Source: Candidatus Peregrinibacteria bacterium | GTDB taxonomy: Bacteria > Patescibacteriota > Gracilibacteria > UBA1369 > LOWO2-01-FULL-3 | DNA: 63,716 nucleotides | Reading direction: 5' to 3' | Assembly: GCA_016206505.1 (NCBI GenBank) | Contig: JACQRJ010000027.1 | Coordinates: 1 to 63,716, forward strand | Shown here: one piece after another, positions 54,080 through 63,583 of the stretch | Numbering within the stretch: position 1 is the first letter of the stretch | Layout: every line of letters starts with the position of its first letter | The notes under the pieces: generated by a model | The model's database searches: none | The model's input: only the letters and a program-made list of their open reading frames with translations | What the model was told of the DNA's origin: nothing | Program-made: the position numbers and the translations under genes

Positions 54080-55456
54080 TCAGCCCTTCGCAATTCTATT
54101 CCTGATCTCCAGATATCGCAGATCTTCTCTTCCCAAATTCGCCGTCTCTCTGATGGTCAAATTTTGCTCATCAATCAGCCCGTTATGCATGAATGCGTGG
54201 TGCTCTTTGCAAAGCGGAATAATATTTGCATGCGAGCGGCTTTTTGCCCATCTCTCGATATGATGCAGCACTTTGTATGGTTTGTTGCAGTTCGCATAAG
54301 CACAGCGATTGTTTGTTTTAGCGAGGGCGGCGGTACGGATAGATTTTTTGATGTAGGTGCGGCGGGAGACATGGCCGCCTTGCCCATCTGTTTTGCGTGG
54401 GAGGGGCGCGTCCAATGGCTTTGCGCATTCAATTGGCGAATTTTCGTACCCGGAATTTGAAAAATAAAGAATTTCCAGTTCGGAGATTTGTATAGGGTTG
54501 ATCTCTTCGTCTGCGCTATCGCTTTCAGAAGCAATGTCGTAATTTTCTCTTAATGCGGGCATTGCACTTGAAATTTTCCCCACGCCTACGGCGGGCGCAG
54601 CGGGAAAATCTTGGACAATTTTCAGATTTTGTTGCTTTGTATACGCAGGGATTTTCGCATCTGCACGACTGCCGTCCGATTGCTTTTTCTCTGCAAATTT
54701 CAGTTCAATCATTTCGCATAATATTCTTCTCAAAACTTCTTTGTTCGAAAGTTTTTCACCGTATTTCCGCTTTAGTTTCAAAAACAAATATTGCATTTCA
54801 TTGTCCAGATCAATGCTGATTTTTTGGACCGCGCGGCATTTTCGCAAATTTTCTATCTCGCCATCCTGCACCCCGCAGCCGGAGCCATGATCTGCCACAA
54901 TCCGCATTTGCTGACCGTCTTCCACATTTCGCCCACTATGCAAATTTTGCTTTTCCCTCAATTCCCGCGCATATTCCAGTACGGCATCCTTGTTCGCGCC
55001 CTGCACGAAATCGGCCAGCATTTTTTCGTTTTCAGATGTTGCGACAGTGGCTACCAAAGCCACTTTATGGATCCCCTCGATACCGATTGCAGCCTTCAAA
55101 TTCGGCTTATCCTCAACCTTTTTCGCCACCTGCATAGTTTTGTGCACAACCGCTTCACTTAGCCCACCCAAAATCTTCGCATAATGTGCCAGGCTCTGAA
55201 ATCCCTCTTTTTCCCAGATGTGCAAACGATCAATTTCCGGCAGCATGGTCAGAAGCTCATAGCCAAGTTTTCGACGATCTTTTCCGAGACGGACAAATTT
55301 TTTGTGCAGGGATTTTTCGGGCGACAATGGCTTTGATTTCTGAAGAGGACTGAGTCCAGTTCCTCCAGTGCGATCATTCAAGGACATTTTTTCCGGATTT
55401 TCCATAGAATTTGAAGTTAAGAAGTATTGAAAAATATGGCAAAAATCGTCCATCAA
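54080..55456 (-). CDS. HNH endonuclease with a DUF222-like N-terminal domain
   Basis: C-terminal HNH/zinc motif CAYANCNKPYKVLHHIERW...IPLCKEHHAFMHNG. N-terminal region with the WEKEGFQSLAHYA pattern. The start may be the internal MENPEK. Confidence 0.8.
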   Translation of the reverse strand: MMDDFCHIFQYFLTSNSMENPEKMSLNDRTGGTGLSPLQKSKPLSPEKSLHKKFVRLGKDRRKLGYELLTMLPEIDRLHIWEKEGFQSLAHYAKILGGLSEAVVHKTMQVAKKVEDKPNLKAAIGIEGIHKVALVATVATSENEKMLADFVQGANKDAVLEYARELREKQNLHSGRNVEDGQQMRIVADHGSGCGVQDGEIENLRKCRAVQKISIDLDNEMQYLFLKLKRKYGEKLSNKEVLRRILCEMIELKFAEKKQSDGSRADAKIPAYTKQQNLKIVQDFPAAPAVGVGKISSAMPALRENYDIASESDSADEEINPIQISELEILYFSNSGYENSPIECAKPLDAPLPRKTDGQGGHVSRRTYIKKSIRTAALAKTNNRCAYANCNKPYKVLHHIERWAKSRSHANIIPLCKEHHAFMHNGLIDEQNLTIRETANLGREDLRYLEIRNRIAKG

Positions 55457-55748
55457 AACAAGGCGAAAATGGCTCCCAAATGCTATTTTAACATATTTTC
55501 ACTCAAATTGTTTCAATCGAAAATCTTTAGCAGAAAAAATCGCCAAAATTCCATCAAAAACCGCTCGGTGGAGGCACCTCCACACGACCACCATCAAAAT
55601 TTTCCATTCCTCCGCAAACTCGCACAAAATCAAAAATTCGCCACCGCAATTTTCCGCATCAAAAGCCGTCAAGCCGATTTTTTCCGCTTCCGCCCACCAC
55701 GATGAAAGTTTTCAATCTACAACCGCAGCGTCCCAACAGCCGCCCAAC

Positions 55749-55770
55749 AAGATTTTCCCGGGAAAATCTT
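55749..55770. promoter_or_regulatory. Perfect 22-nt palindrome AAGATTTTCCCGGGAAAATCTT (candidate operator)
   Basis: Perfect dyad, followed directly by TTGACT. Same 20-mer as at 20283-20302. Confidence 0.45.
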
Positions 55771-55937
55771 TGACTTTTTAATCGTTATATTTTAAAGCGC
55801 ACTTCCTGCCAGGATAGGCATGTGCATTCAAAAGCTGTTATCCAAAAAATTCCCATCAAAATTAGGCTACTAAAATACCCCTCCGCACCAATCGCATGTG
55901 CCGCTCAAAAATCCCCATAATTCACCAAAACATACTA

Positions 55938-55966
55938 TTGCGCGTCATGCAATAAAGTGTTATAAT
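55938..55966 (+). promoter_or_regulatory. Sigma70-like promoter of the 1259-aa surface-protein gene
   Basis: TTGCGC-N17-TATAAT with an extended -10 TG (TGtTATAAT), 25 nt upstream of the ATG. Confidence 0.5.
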
Positions 55967-55990
55967 ATACAGAATTAAACAAAAACAAAA

Positions 55991-58900
55991 ATGGCATTTT
56001 TCCAGGTTGATGAAGAGCAAAAGCTAAAGAAAGCCCTGAACTCCGGCATAAAAAAAGGTAATCTGAAAATTATCGGTGCCGTACTCGGTGTGCTTGTTTT
56101 GGTCATTGTTTTTACAATGGTCGACTTTGGAAATTTATTCAAAGGGCAGTTGGAACTTGCTTCTTGCGGGCAGCCCACGGATGCAACTTATTTCACCTGT
56201 GTCGCTGAAAAGGCAAAAGCGGGAAATTGTGACGATATCAGTGATGCGGCCGGTGGCACAATGGTTAGCATAGAACTTTTCAAATCGACAGTGGCCGCAG
56301 AACAGATCAGCAAGCTGAATCAGCTTACCGATACGCTTGTCATAGAGTATCAAAATAAGTCCTGTGACACAGGTTTTCTGGCAAATTATTCACGAGAAGA
56401 GCTTTTAAATTATAAAAACTACTGCTATCCCGGAAGTTTCTTCGCCTATAAACAGAGAAATGCAGTCGGCAACATCATGAATGCCTGTGTACCTCTTCCG
56501 GACGGCCCTTTCATGGAGATGCTGACAAAGAAATACACTAAGGCTGATGAAAAAAAGCAGTGGGAAGATTTTTACACTGCAACGTTTGAAGCGATTTACA
56601 AACAGTCAAACATCAATTTAAACGACCGCACCTTTCTAACTGAACTGAAAACCGACGCCAATTACAAAACCCTCGCCTACACTAAAACGATCATCGAAAA
56701 CATCATCATCGAAAAATTCACCTGCAAAGAAGGTCCGGCTTATGTGCCCGATCCTGCAAATGCAGGGAAATGTACGCTAAGCTGCGACAATGCTCGTTCC
56801 GAGATCAGCAAGGCGGCCACTTCGTATTATATCGCTTTGCAACAGGGCAAACCCGCAACCGAGAAAGCGCAATACTTAAAAACCGTTGCAGACCTTGTAA
56901 AACAGGCTCAGGCTAAAGGTTGCTATGCAACTAAACTTGAAGAAGTGCAAAAACTCTGCAGTTCATTTGATCTTTATCAATACGAACTTGGTTTGAGCGC
57001 TGAAGAAAATACACTTTTGCCGAGCATCACTACCGATCTGAAATGTTGCAGCGGCCCGGGGCAGAGTCTCGAGACCGGCGTGTGTGCGTATAAAGATCTC
57101 AAATTCCAGGAAGATCTCGTAAGCTCACTTGCACTTTACAAGTATGCCCTCGAAAAAAACGCCACCGATACCGAAAAAACAAAATCTGCAACTCACCTAA
57201 AAGCGACTCTCGACGCCTATAAGGCACAATTTGAGGCTTTGGGATTGTCGAAATTTACCAATGCCTACATGGAGGGAAAGGCGGTTGCAGGCACCTGTGC
57301 GGACGAATTGGCGATTTTAAATTCCAACAAAATGTCCACAGACGCAACCGGCAAAGCTTTGACGGACTCCCTCACGGATTCTTCAAAACTTTTACAATGT
57401 TGCCCGCAGCCAGGCTATTACAAACTCGTTTCCGATCCTACGAACGGCGAAAAACCGGTCTACAGCTGCGCCGTCCCCACCGAAGAATTCAAGGATTTTC
57501 AATTGGGGCAGAAGCAGTGTTACGAAAGCGATGAATTATCAGGGGAAATCGGAAAAATATTTGAAATATCCACAATGCAGATTGTACTGGCTGCCAAGGA
57601 GCAAATATCCCCACCGCAAACGCTTTCTTGCAGTGACCCGGCTTATAAATATCTCCCGGCCTGTAATTCCGGAGGAACCTTATCATGTAAAGAAAATCCT
57701 CAAAAAGATAATGAGATATCCAGTACAAATTTTTATTGTGAAAATCGTGTTTTTGAGGAGAGCGAGAAACCGCAAAAATCTACGTGCGCACTTGATCCAT
57801 ATAACGTTGCTTGTGAATTTGCCATGGAATTCTACATTGATAATGAGGGCGTTGAGCCCACAGAGCAGTATTATAAAGATGTTAAAACTGCCTGCACCGA
57901 ATTGGATGAAAATGGATTGACAAAAGAGTGGTGTCAAGTTGTTTGCAGTGATTATCCCAATTATTACGGTTGTGTTTATAAAAAAGAACCGCAAACAACT
58001 CTGGACTGCAAAAATCCGGCCATCAAAACTTTCTTTGAAAAAGAATGTGAAGCGGCGAAGCCAAGCGTAGTAGACTGTTCCGAAAACAAAGACATTCCTG
58101 AATGTACTCAGGCTGCCGAAGGATCCGCTGAAACAACTCTGGAATATAAAGTCATCAAGCCTCTCTACGATGACCTCAAAGCCAAAAACGATGCGGCAAT
58201 ATCAACTTTCCTGCAGTCCGTAAAAGCTCTCGACGAAACTACAAAAAACAGCTGCAAATTAACCGAACTAAGCGCAAATAAGCCAATCTGCGGCGCACTT
58301 CGCGATACATTGACTGCTGCAGCATACAAACCATCCGACTACATCGACAGCATCAAAAACAACCTCAACACTCTCGCAAACGAAACTCTCCGCTGCTGCT
58401 ATTACGAAAATGAGGGCAATACCGATCTCGAAATAAATTTCGCTACAAGCGATGCCCAAACCGGCTTCACCTGTTCAAGCAAATCGGTGAAGGCCCCAAC
58501 AATAAAATCTCAATACACCGACAAAACCACATTCAATCCGACAGCACTCGAAAAACTGAAAATCACTTATACCGTCGATCAGGGCGCTACGGTCACTATT
58601 TCAATCAACGACATCACCGGCACTGAAGTTTACAAATTCGATGATGTAAACGTCGCGGCACAGGCAGTCACCTCTCATTTCTGGGACGGAAAAGCCAATG
58701 CCGGCACAAACGCAGGAAAAATAGTGAACAACGGCACATACAGCTACAGCCTAAAGGCCAAAAATTCCGCCCCCGGAAGCTCGGCGGTTGGCGGCAACTT
58801 CACCGTCACCGGAACCACGGTTCAGCCTCCCCAAGTCATCCCACAGCCCGATGTCAAATGTACCGATAATCAGCTCGCAGACAATTCAACAAAAATCTGT

Positions 58901-59770
58901 ATCAGCGGCGAATGGGTACTTTGTACCGAAGGCGGCATATATGACGGCCAGAAGAGTGTCGACAAAAAGCTCACCTGTGCCGGAGGCAAATGGATTGATC
59001 TTTCAAATCCGCCACCGCCACCCCCTCCCAAAAATGAATCTAAGGACCCTCCTTGCGTCGAAAACAACACCATGATGGAAGGAAAACGCCTCTGTAAAGG
59101 CGGGGAGTGGATAACCTGCGTACCAAATCTCGAAGGAAAAAAGAGCTCTGACGGACAAAAAGAATGTAAAAACGGCATTTGGGGCAAAGCCGGAGTGACT
59201 CCTCCTGGCACAACTCCTCCGGGAGCAACTCCGCCGGGCGGCGACCAAAGTTCCGGCAATATCAAAATCACCAAACATTCCGTTTTCCCCGTCGGCTTCA
59301 ACCCTCTTATCAATGAATCCAAAATCGCCTACACGATCTCCGCCAAAGCCGAAGTGGAAATCCGCATCCTCACCCAATCCGGCGTCACAATTACTACACT
59401 TGTGGACAATAAAGTCCTCGACCAAGGCGAATATTTCGTCTATTGGGACGGTACAAATAATGCAAGCGGCAACGGCAAAGTCGTTGATCCCGCAACTTAT
59501 CAATACAAAATCACCGCCAAAGATCCAAACAACGGCACTGTCAAGGATGTGAAGACCGGAAATGTAAACGTTGTTTACGTGAAATCCGCCGACTTTGAAA
59601 ACGGTAGCAGCAGTTCTGTGACCGTTCCACCGGTAAACAATCAGGCTCAGGCCACTGTTGCCATGCAAAATGCCACGGGCGGCAAAACCGCAGGCACAGG
59701 TCCCGGAATTCTGATTTATGCTTTATTCCCACTTGCCGGCTACTTTATTTCCCGCTACAAAAAGAAATAA
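55991..59770 (+). CDS. Large Cys-rich surface protein with two FlgD-Ig-like domains, Pro-rich linkers and a C-terminal sorting-like anchor
   Basis: 1259 aa. N-terminal TM/signal anchor. Recurrent CC motifs (LKCCSGPG, LQCCPQPG, LRCCYYEN). Duplicated ~50-aa Cys module (C..G.W..C). PPPPPPP and (TPPG)x3 linkers. Terminal GPGILIYALFPLAGYFISRYKKK. Confidence 0.8.
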   Translation: MAFFQVDEEQKLKKALNSGIKKGNLKIIGAVLGVLVLVIVFTMVDFGNLFKGQLELASCGQPTDATYFTCVAEKAKAGNCDDISDAAGGTMVSIELFKSTVAAEQISKLNQLTDTLVIEYQNKSCDTGFLANYSREELLNYKNYCYPGSFFAYKQRNAVGNIMNACVPLPDGPFMEMLTKKYTKADEKKQWEDFYTATFEAIYKQSNINLNDRTFLTELKTDANYKTLAYTKTIIENIIIEKFTCKEGPAYVPDPANAGKCTLSCDNARSEISKAATSYYIALQQGKPATEKAQYLKTVADLVKQAQAKGCYATKLEEVQKLCSSFDLYQYELGLSAEENTLLPSITTDLKCCSGPGQSLETGVCAYKDLKFQEDLVSSLALYKYALEKNATDTEKTKSATHLKATLDAYKAQFEALGLSKFTNAYMEGKAVAGTCADELAILNSNKMSTDATGKALTDSLTDSSKLLQCCPQPGYYKLVSDPTNGEKPVYSCAVPTEEFKDFQLGQKQCYESDELSGEIGKIFEISTMQIVLAAKEQISPPQTLSCSDPAYKYLPACNSGGTLSCKENPQKDNEISSTNFYCENRVFEESEKPQKSTCALDPYNVACEFAMEFYIDNEGVEPTEQYYKDVKTACTELDENGLTKEWCQVVCSDYPNYYGCVYKKEPQTTLDCKNPAIKTFFEKECEAAKPSVVDCSENKDIPECTQAAEGSAETTLEYKVIKPLYDDLKAKNDAAISTFLQSVKALDETTKNSCKLTELSANKPICGALRDTLTAAAYKPSDYIDSIKNNLNTLANETLRCCYYENEGNTDLEINFATSDAQTGFTCSSKSVKAPTIKSQYTDKTTFNPTALEKLKITYTVDQGATVTISINDITGTEVYKFDDVNVAAQAVTSHFWDGKANAGTNAGKIVNNGTYSYSLKAKNSAPGSSAVGGNFTVTGTTVQPPQVIPQPDVKCTDNQLADNSTKICISGEWVLCTEGGIYDGQKSVDKKLTCAGGKWIDLSNPPPPPPPKNESKDPPCVENNTMMEGKRLCKGGEWITCVPNLEGKKSSDGQKECKNGIWGKAGVTPPGTTPPGATPPGGDQSSGNIKITKHSVFPVGFNPLINESKIAYTISAKAEVEIRILTQSGVTITTLVDNKVLDQGEYFVYWDGTNNASGNGKVVDPATYQYKITAKDPNNGTVKDVKTGNVNVVYVKSADFENGSSSSVTVPPVNNQAQATVAMQNATGGKTAGTGPGILIYALFPLAGYFISRYKKK

Positions 59771-59771
59771 T

Positions 59772-60302
59772 ATGGATATTAAAGATCAGCCATTACAGGC
59801 AAATGCACCGGCATCACCTCAACCACCCGTTGCACCTTCTCAGTCAGATATCGCGGCAGAATCTGTCCAAGCCGCACCGGTTCAATCAATCCCGTCGTCC
59901 GCCACCCGGTCCGATTCTGCACAGACTGCATCAATTCTATCTACTCCAGCATCCATCCCCACCGAAGAGCATCAAACCGCGAAAAGGTCTCACAAAAGCC
60001 TGATAATCGGAATAATTTTAGCCGCCATAGTAGTCGTTTCCGGCTTAAGCGTTTTCATCGGCTTCAACAATTCCAGTCAATATCAGGGATTCTTAAAAAA
60101 AATCGAGGCTGAAACTGAAAAATTACAGGCACAAGATGCGCAAAAAGCTGCCTCCGAAAGTCCACAATCCACAGAAAGTATCCCCGGGGATACTTTTGAA
60201 AACCCCGCATCCGCCCTGCCTCCAATGCCGGCCGAAACCTCACCGCAAGCCCCTGCGCCCGCCGATGAAGCCCCCGCGCCCGACGAAGGCCTGACAAGGT
60301 AG
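59772..60302 (+). CDS. Pro/Ala/Ser-rich single-TM protein
   Basis: The ATG at 59772 lies 1 nt after the upstream stop; the ORF-track start at 59718 would overlap. TM LIIGIILAAIVVVSGLSVFIGF. Confidence 0.5.
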   Translation: MDIKDQPLQANAPASPQPPVAPSQSDIAAESVQAAPVQSIPSSATRSDSAQTASILSTPASIPTEEHQTAKRSHKSLIIGIILAAIVVVSGLSVFIGFNNSSQYQGFLKKIEAETEKLQAQDAQKAASESPQSTESIPGDTFENPASALPPMPAETSPQAPAPADEAPAPDEGLTR

Positions 60303-60313
60303 TTTGCCCCAAT

Positions 60314-60619
60314 TTGACAAGTTCCAACAAAAGGTCTACCTTGATAATCGGGCAAGGAGAAATATTTGATGTTAGCGATTTTAACCTTAAGACTATGCCG
60401 GTTTTTACGACTTTAATGATCATAGTGCTTATAGCTTCACTGATGATGACCGCATTTACCATCTCGCGCCTTTTTGCTTATAATAGTAAATATAATTTGC
60501 CGGAATCCTCATATACCAAACTTTTCCATTTTATTACCAAGGAGCACGTAGCCATTGCCTACGTGCTTTTTATTTTGGCCCACCTTAGCTTTACGATTTG
60601 GTTTTTAATCACTTTGTAA
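60314..60619 (+). CDS. Small hypothetical membrane protein
   Basis: ORF with a TTG start. Two hydrophobic helices. The real start is possibly the internal MPVFTT. Confidence 0.3.
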   Translation: MTSSNKRSTLIIGQGEIFDVSDFNLKTMPVFTTLMIIVLIASLMMTAFTISRLFAYNSKYNLPESSYTKLFHFITKEHVAIAYVLFILAHLSFTIWFLITL

Positions 60620-61251
60620 TGAACATGGAACACCCAATTACCGGATTCAAAGATCAGTTCTTCAAGGGTCAGCAGCAGGACGAGAAATTCGTGTGTTTTT
60701 TCCGCCATCATTGGTTCGATCTCATGCGCGAATTTATCTATTTCGCCATTTTTGTTGCTTTCATTATAACAAGCCTGAATTACATCAGCGAAATCCAGGA
60801 ATTCCTGCGCGGCAATCGTGAAATGAAATTCCTTTTCTTGGCAATTTTCCTCGGCGTCACATTTTATTTGCATCGTTTTTTTATCAATTTACTGGATTAT
60901 TTCACAAATATCGGCATCATCACTGATCGAAGAATCATCGATCATGAGAAAACACTTTTTTTCATCGATAATCTGGATTCGATCGAACTTTCCCAGATTC
61001 AGAATATTGAAAAAATCGAAGATGGCCTGCTGCCAAACTTACTGAAATACGGAGATATAAAAATCTTTCTCAACGCTTCCGCTACCGTCAAGACCTTCCA
61101 TCGCGTACCCAACGCCAAATTTCACTTCCGCTGTATAAATAGGGAACGCGAAATCCGCCAGCATTCACTTATGCGCGGCCATGGCGATTTGTTTCAGCAA
61201 AATCAGCCAGAGTTGGTGATACCTCAAACCGAAACCACCCCAAGCGCATAA
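60619..61251 (+). CDS. Membrane protein with a bacterial PH (YdbS/YdbT-like) domain
   Basis: ATG at 60619; the ORF track starts at a TTG at 60598. Two TM, then GIITDRRIIDHEKTLFF...LSQIQNI...GDIKIF, which resembles the bPH_2 topology. Confidence 0.55.
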   Translation: MNMEHPITGFKDQFFKGQQQDEKFVCFFRHHWFDLMREFIYFAIFVAFIITSLNYISEIQEFLRGNREMKFLFLAIFLGVTFYLHRFFINLLDYFTNIGIITDRRIIDHEKTLFFIDNLDSIELSQIQNIEKIEDGLLPNLLKYGDIKIFLNASATVKTFHRVPNAKFHFRCINREREIRQHSLMRGHGDLFQQNQPELVIPQTETTPSA

Positions 61252-62135
61252 AGAATCAGTAAGATAATCGGGATATGTAGCATGTAGATTAAGAGCGCAT
61301 GTTTGCCGAGAAACAGAAAACTGCAAATCAAAAATCTCCAAACTGCAGACAAGCAGTTGTAGTGAGTAATTTTTTCAAATCTCGCAGGGAAACATTTACT
61401 AAAAATTGTCAAACTTTTTCCCGCCGTGCCCGCCGTAAGCGTGGGGAAAATTTTGCGGAAAATTTCCAGCAAATTTCGCTCAAATCCTCCATAGCAAACA
61501 TTCCCCAGAAAAATCCCGAAAAGCGACACCGAAATCCATGGAAAAATCGGGAAATAGTCAAATGTATTAATTCCGATAAAATCAAAACCGAAAGGATAAA
61601 GCAGGGGATTTGAAACGGCAATGTCCTTAATCAAAAACGCCACTAGAAGTGCCAAAAATCCTAGAAACAAATTCAGCCATTTGCGCCCTGCCAAAAACAT
61701 CAGCAAAAAAACGCTCAAAGCGATGAAATGCAAAATACCGAATTTCACATAAGCATCTGGAGCGGCAAGATATGTGAACAAAGTTACAATCATTGCCATC
61801 GCAAAAACCAAAAAAGCCCTTTTTAGCTGTCTCTTATAAAACCTCCTCACCCCATCATCGAATCCTTCCATGCTTTCTGATCCAAACCTCTCCACCTTTT
61901 GCCACGATAATGCCATCGAAACTCCCACCAGCCCCAAAAATATAAATTGCACACTTCTCGCCAGCACAAGCCAAAGTCCCCCATACATTTCATTCGCGAC
62001 AACATCAAAATAGTCCAGAATAAAAAACAAATGAAAAACTATCATCCCCAAAACAGCCATGCCCCGAAGCACATCGATTTCTATAAATCTTTTCGAGAAC
62101 TCTTTCACCGGTTTTTTTGCGGACAACTCGCTCAT
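61224..62135 (-). CDS. DUF1624 (heparan-alpha-glucosaminide N-acetyltransferase-like) membrane acyltransferase
   Basis: KRFIEIDVLRGMAVLGMIVFH N-terminal signature; ~9 TM. Confidence 0.75.
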   Translation of the reverse strand: MSELSAKKPVKEFSKRFIEIDVLRGMAVLGMIVFHLFFILDYFDVVANEMYGGLWLVLARSVQFIFLGLVGVSMALSWQKVERFGSESMEGFDDGVRRFYKRQLKRAFLVFAMAMIVTLFTYLAAPDAYVKFGILHFIALSVFLLMFLAGRKWLNLFLGFLALLVAFLIKDIAVSNPLLYPFGFDFIGINTFDYFPIFPWISVSLFGIFLGNVCYGGFERNLLEIFRKIFPTLTAGTAGKSLTIFSKCFPARFEKITHYNCLSAVWRFLICSFLFLGKHALLIYMLHIPIILLILYALGVVSV

Positions 62136-62171
62136 GTGCTACATTATAACAAATTTCCTAACCCTCATTTT

Positions 62172-62453
62172 ATGTACGCATTAAACATAATGTCCGGTGT
62201 CGGAGGCATCTGGATGGGCTGGCATATTCATATGCTTTTTGGCCTGTCTTTGACAGTCGGCCTGATTTTGTTCGTTATCTGGGCTTACAAGGCTCTGAAG
62301 CCGGCCCAACTGGCACAGTGGGCACTTTGGCTGGTCATCGTCGGCCTGGTCGGCGCACTTTTGACCTCTACATGGGGCGGCAAAGCCTGGACAAACATGA
62401 TGGGCAATTGGCGCAATCTGGAGTCTGTAACCGATTCGTCATCAGCAGAATAA
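62172..62453 (+). CDS. Small hypothetical membrane protein
   Basis: The internal ATG at 62172 avoids antisense overlap with the DUF1624 gene. Three hydrophobic helices. Terminator downstream. Confidence 0.4.
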   Translation: MYALNIMSGVGGIWMGWHIHMLFGLSLTVGLILFVIWAYKALKPAQLAQWALWLVIVGLVGALLTSTWGGKAWTNMMGNWRNLESVTDSSSAE

Positions 62454-62477
62454 CAATCTGAAAAACGCAAAAAATTT

Positions 62478-62510
62478 AAAAGAGCTCCGAAATCAGGAGC
62501 TCTTTTTTTC
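62478..62510. terminator. Bidirectional rho-independent terminator
   Basis: AAAAGAGCTCC-GAAATCA-GGAGCTCTTTTTTT between convergent genes. Confidence 0.7.
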
Positions 62511-62527
62511 AACTCAAACACATCGCT

Positions 62528-63487
62528 TCATCCTCTGTAAATCAGATACGCAATATAAAACACATAAAATAAAATCATCATCGCTCCCTGCCACCTCTCT
62601 AGCAAGTGCCTCCTGCCGACAAACATTGCGATAAATAAAATCAAAGTTGCACCGATCGATACAAGAACATCCACATTCGTAGCTGGATTAAAAGGCAATT
62701 GCAGCATTGTTCCGGTTAAGCCGAGAATCCAGAAAACATTAAAAATATTTGATCCTACTATGTTACCTATGGCGATATCGGACTGCTTGTGCATCGCCGC
62801 AACGATAGATGTAGCCATTTCGGGCAGGGAAGTGCCGACTGCGACAATGGTCAGGCCGATGAGAGCTTCCGAAAGACCGGCCATTTCCGCCAGAACAATC
62901 GCGTTATCCACCAGAATTTTTCCGCCGAAAAAAAGCATCAAAATACCCAAAACGCTGTATCCGATGGATGCCGGATATGAATACATTTTGATTTTTTCCT
63001 CTTTTTGGCCATTTTGCTCCTTTGCCAGGCCAAAAATATAAAACATGAAAATTATAAAAATCGCAATCAGCGAAAAGCCGTCGGTTCTGGTGATTGAATT
63101 AAAACCGCTGCCGTCAAACAATGTGTCATTTCCCATTGTGTAGACCAAAATCGCAGCCAGCAAAGCAAAAGGAATTTCCCTCCATACCGTATTTCTTTGA
63201 ACGGTAAGAGGCACGATCACGGAGGCAACACCCAAAACCAGCAAAATATTTGCGATATTTGAGCCGATCACATTGCCTATCGCGATATCCGCCGAGCCTT
63301 TAATCGCAGAAAACACATTTACAATCAGCTCCGGCGCCGAAGTACCGAAAGCCACAACAGTCAGCCCGACCACAAGAGGAGAAACCCCCATTTTTCTGGC
63401 CAAAGAAGCCGCTCCGCTCACCAGCGCTTTTGCACCGAAAATCAAAACAGCTAGACCGACAAGGATAAGAATAATTGCTAAAGCCAT
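62528..63487 (-). CDS. Ca2+/Na+ (CaCA family, YrbG-like) antiporter
   Basis: Duplicated alpha-repeat motifs GTSAPE...GNVIGSNIANILLVLG and GTSLPE...GNIVGSNIFNVFWILG. Confidence 0.9.
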   Translation of the reverse strand: MALAIILILVGLAVLIFGAKALVSGAASLARKMGVSPLVVGLTVVAFGTSAPELIVNVFSAIKGSADIAIGNVIGSNIANILLVLGVASVIVPLTVQRNTVWREIPFALLAAILVYTMGNDTLFDGSGFNSITRTDGFSLIAIFIIFMFYIFGLAKEQNGQKEEKIKMYSYPASIGYSVLGILMLFFGGKILVDNAIVLAEMAGLSEALIGLTIVAVGTSLPEMATSIVAAMHKQSDIAIGNIVGSNIFNVFWILGLTGTMLQLPFNPATNVDVLVSIGATLILFIAMFVGRRHLLERWQGAMMILFYVFYIAYLIYRG

Positions 63488-63509
63488 AGGAATTTTTTGT
63501 TACTAATTT

Positions 63510-63583
63510 TGGCTGGGGCGCAGGGATTCGAACCCCGGATGCTGGGACCAAAACCCAGTGCCTTACCGCTTGGCGACGCCCCA
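63510..63583 (-). tRNA. tRNA-Gln(UUG)
   Basis: TGGGGCGTCGCCAAGCGGTAAGGCACTGGGTTTTGGTCCCAGCATCCGGGGTTCGAATCCCTGCGCCCCAGCCA. Anticodon loop UU-UUG-GU. Close to the E. coli tRNA-Gln architecture. Confidence 0.9.
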
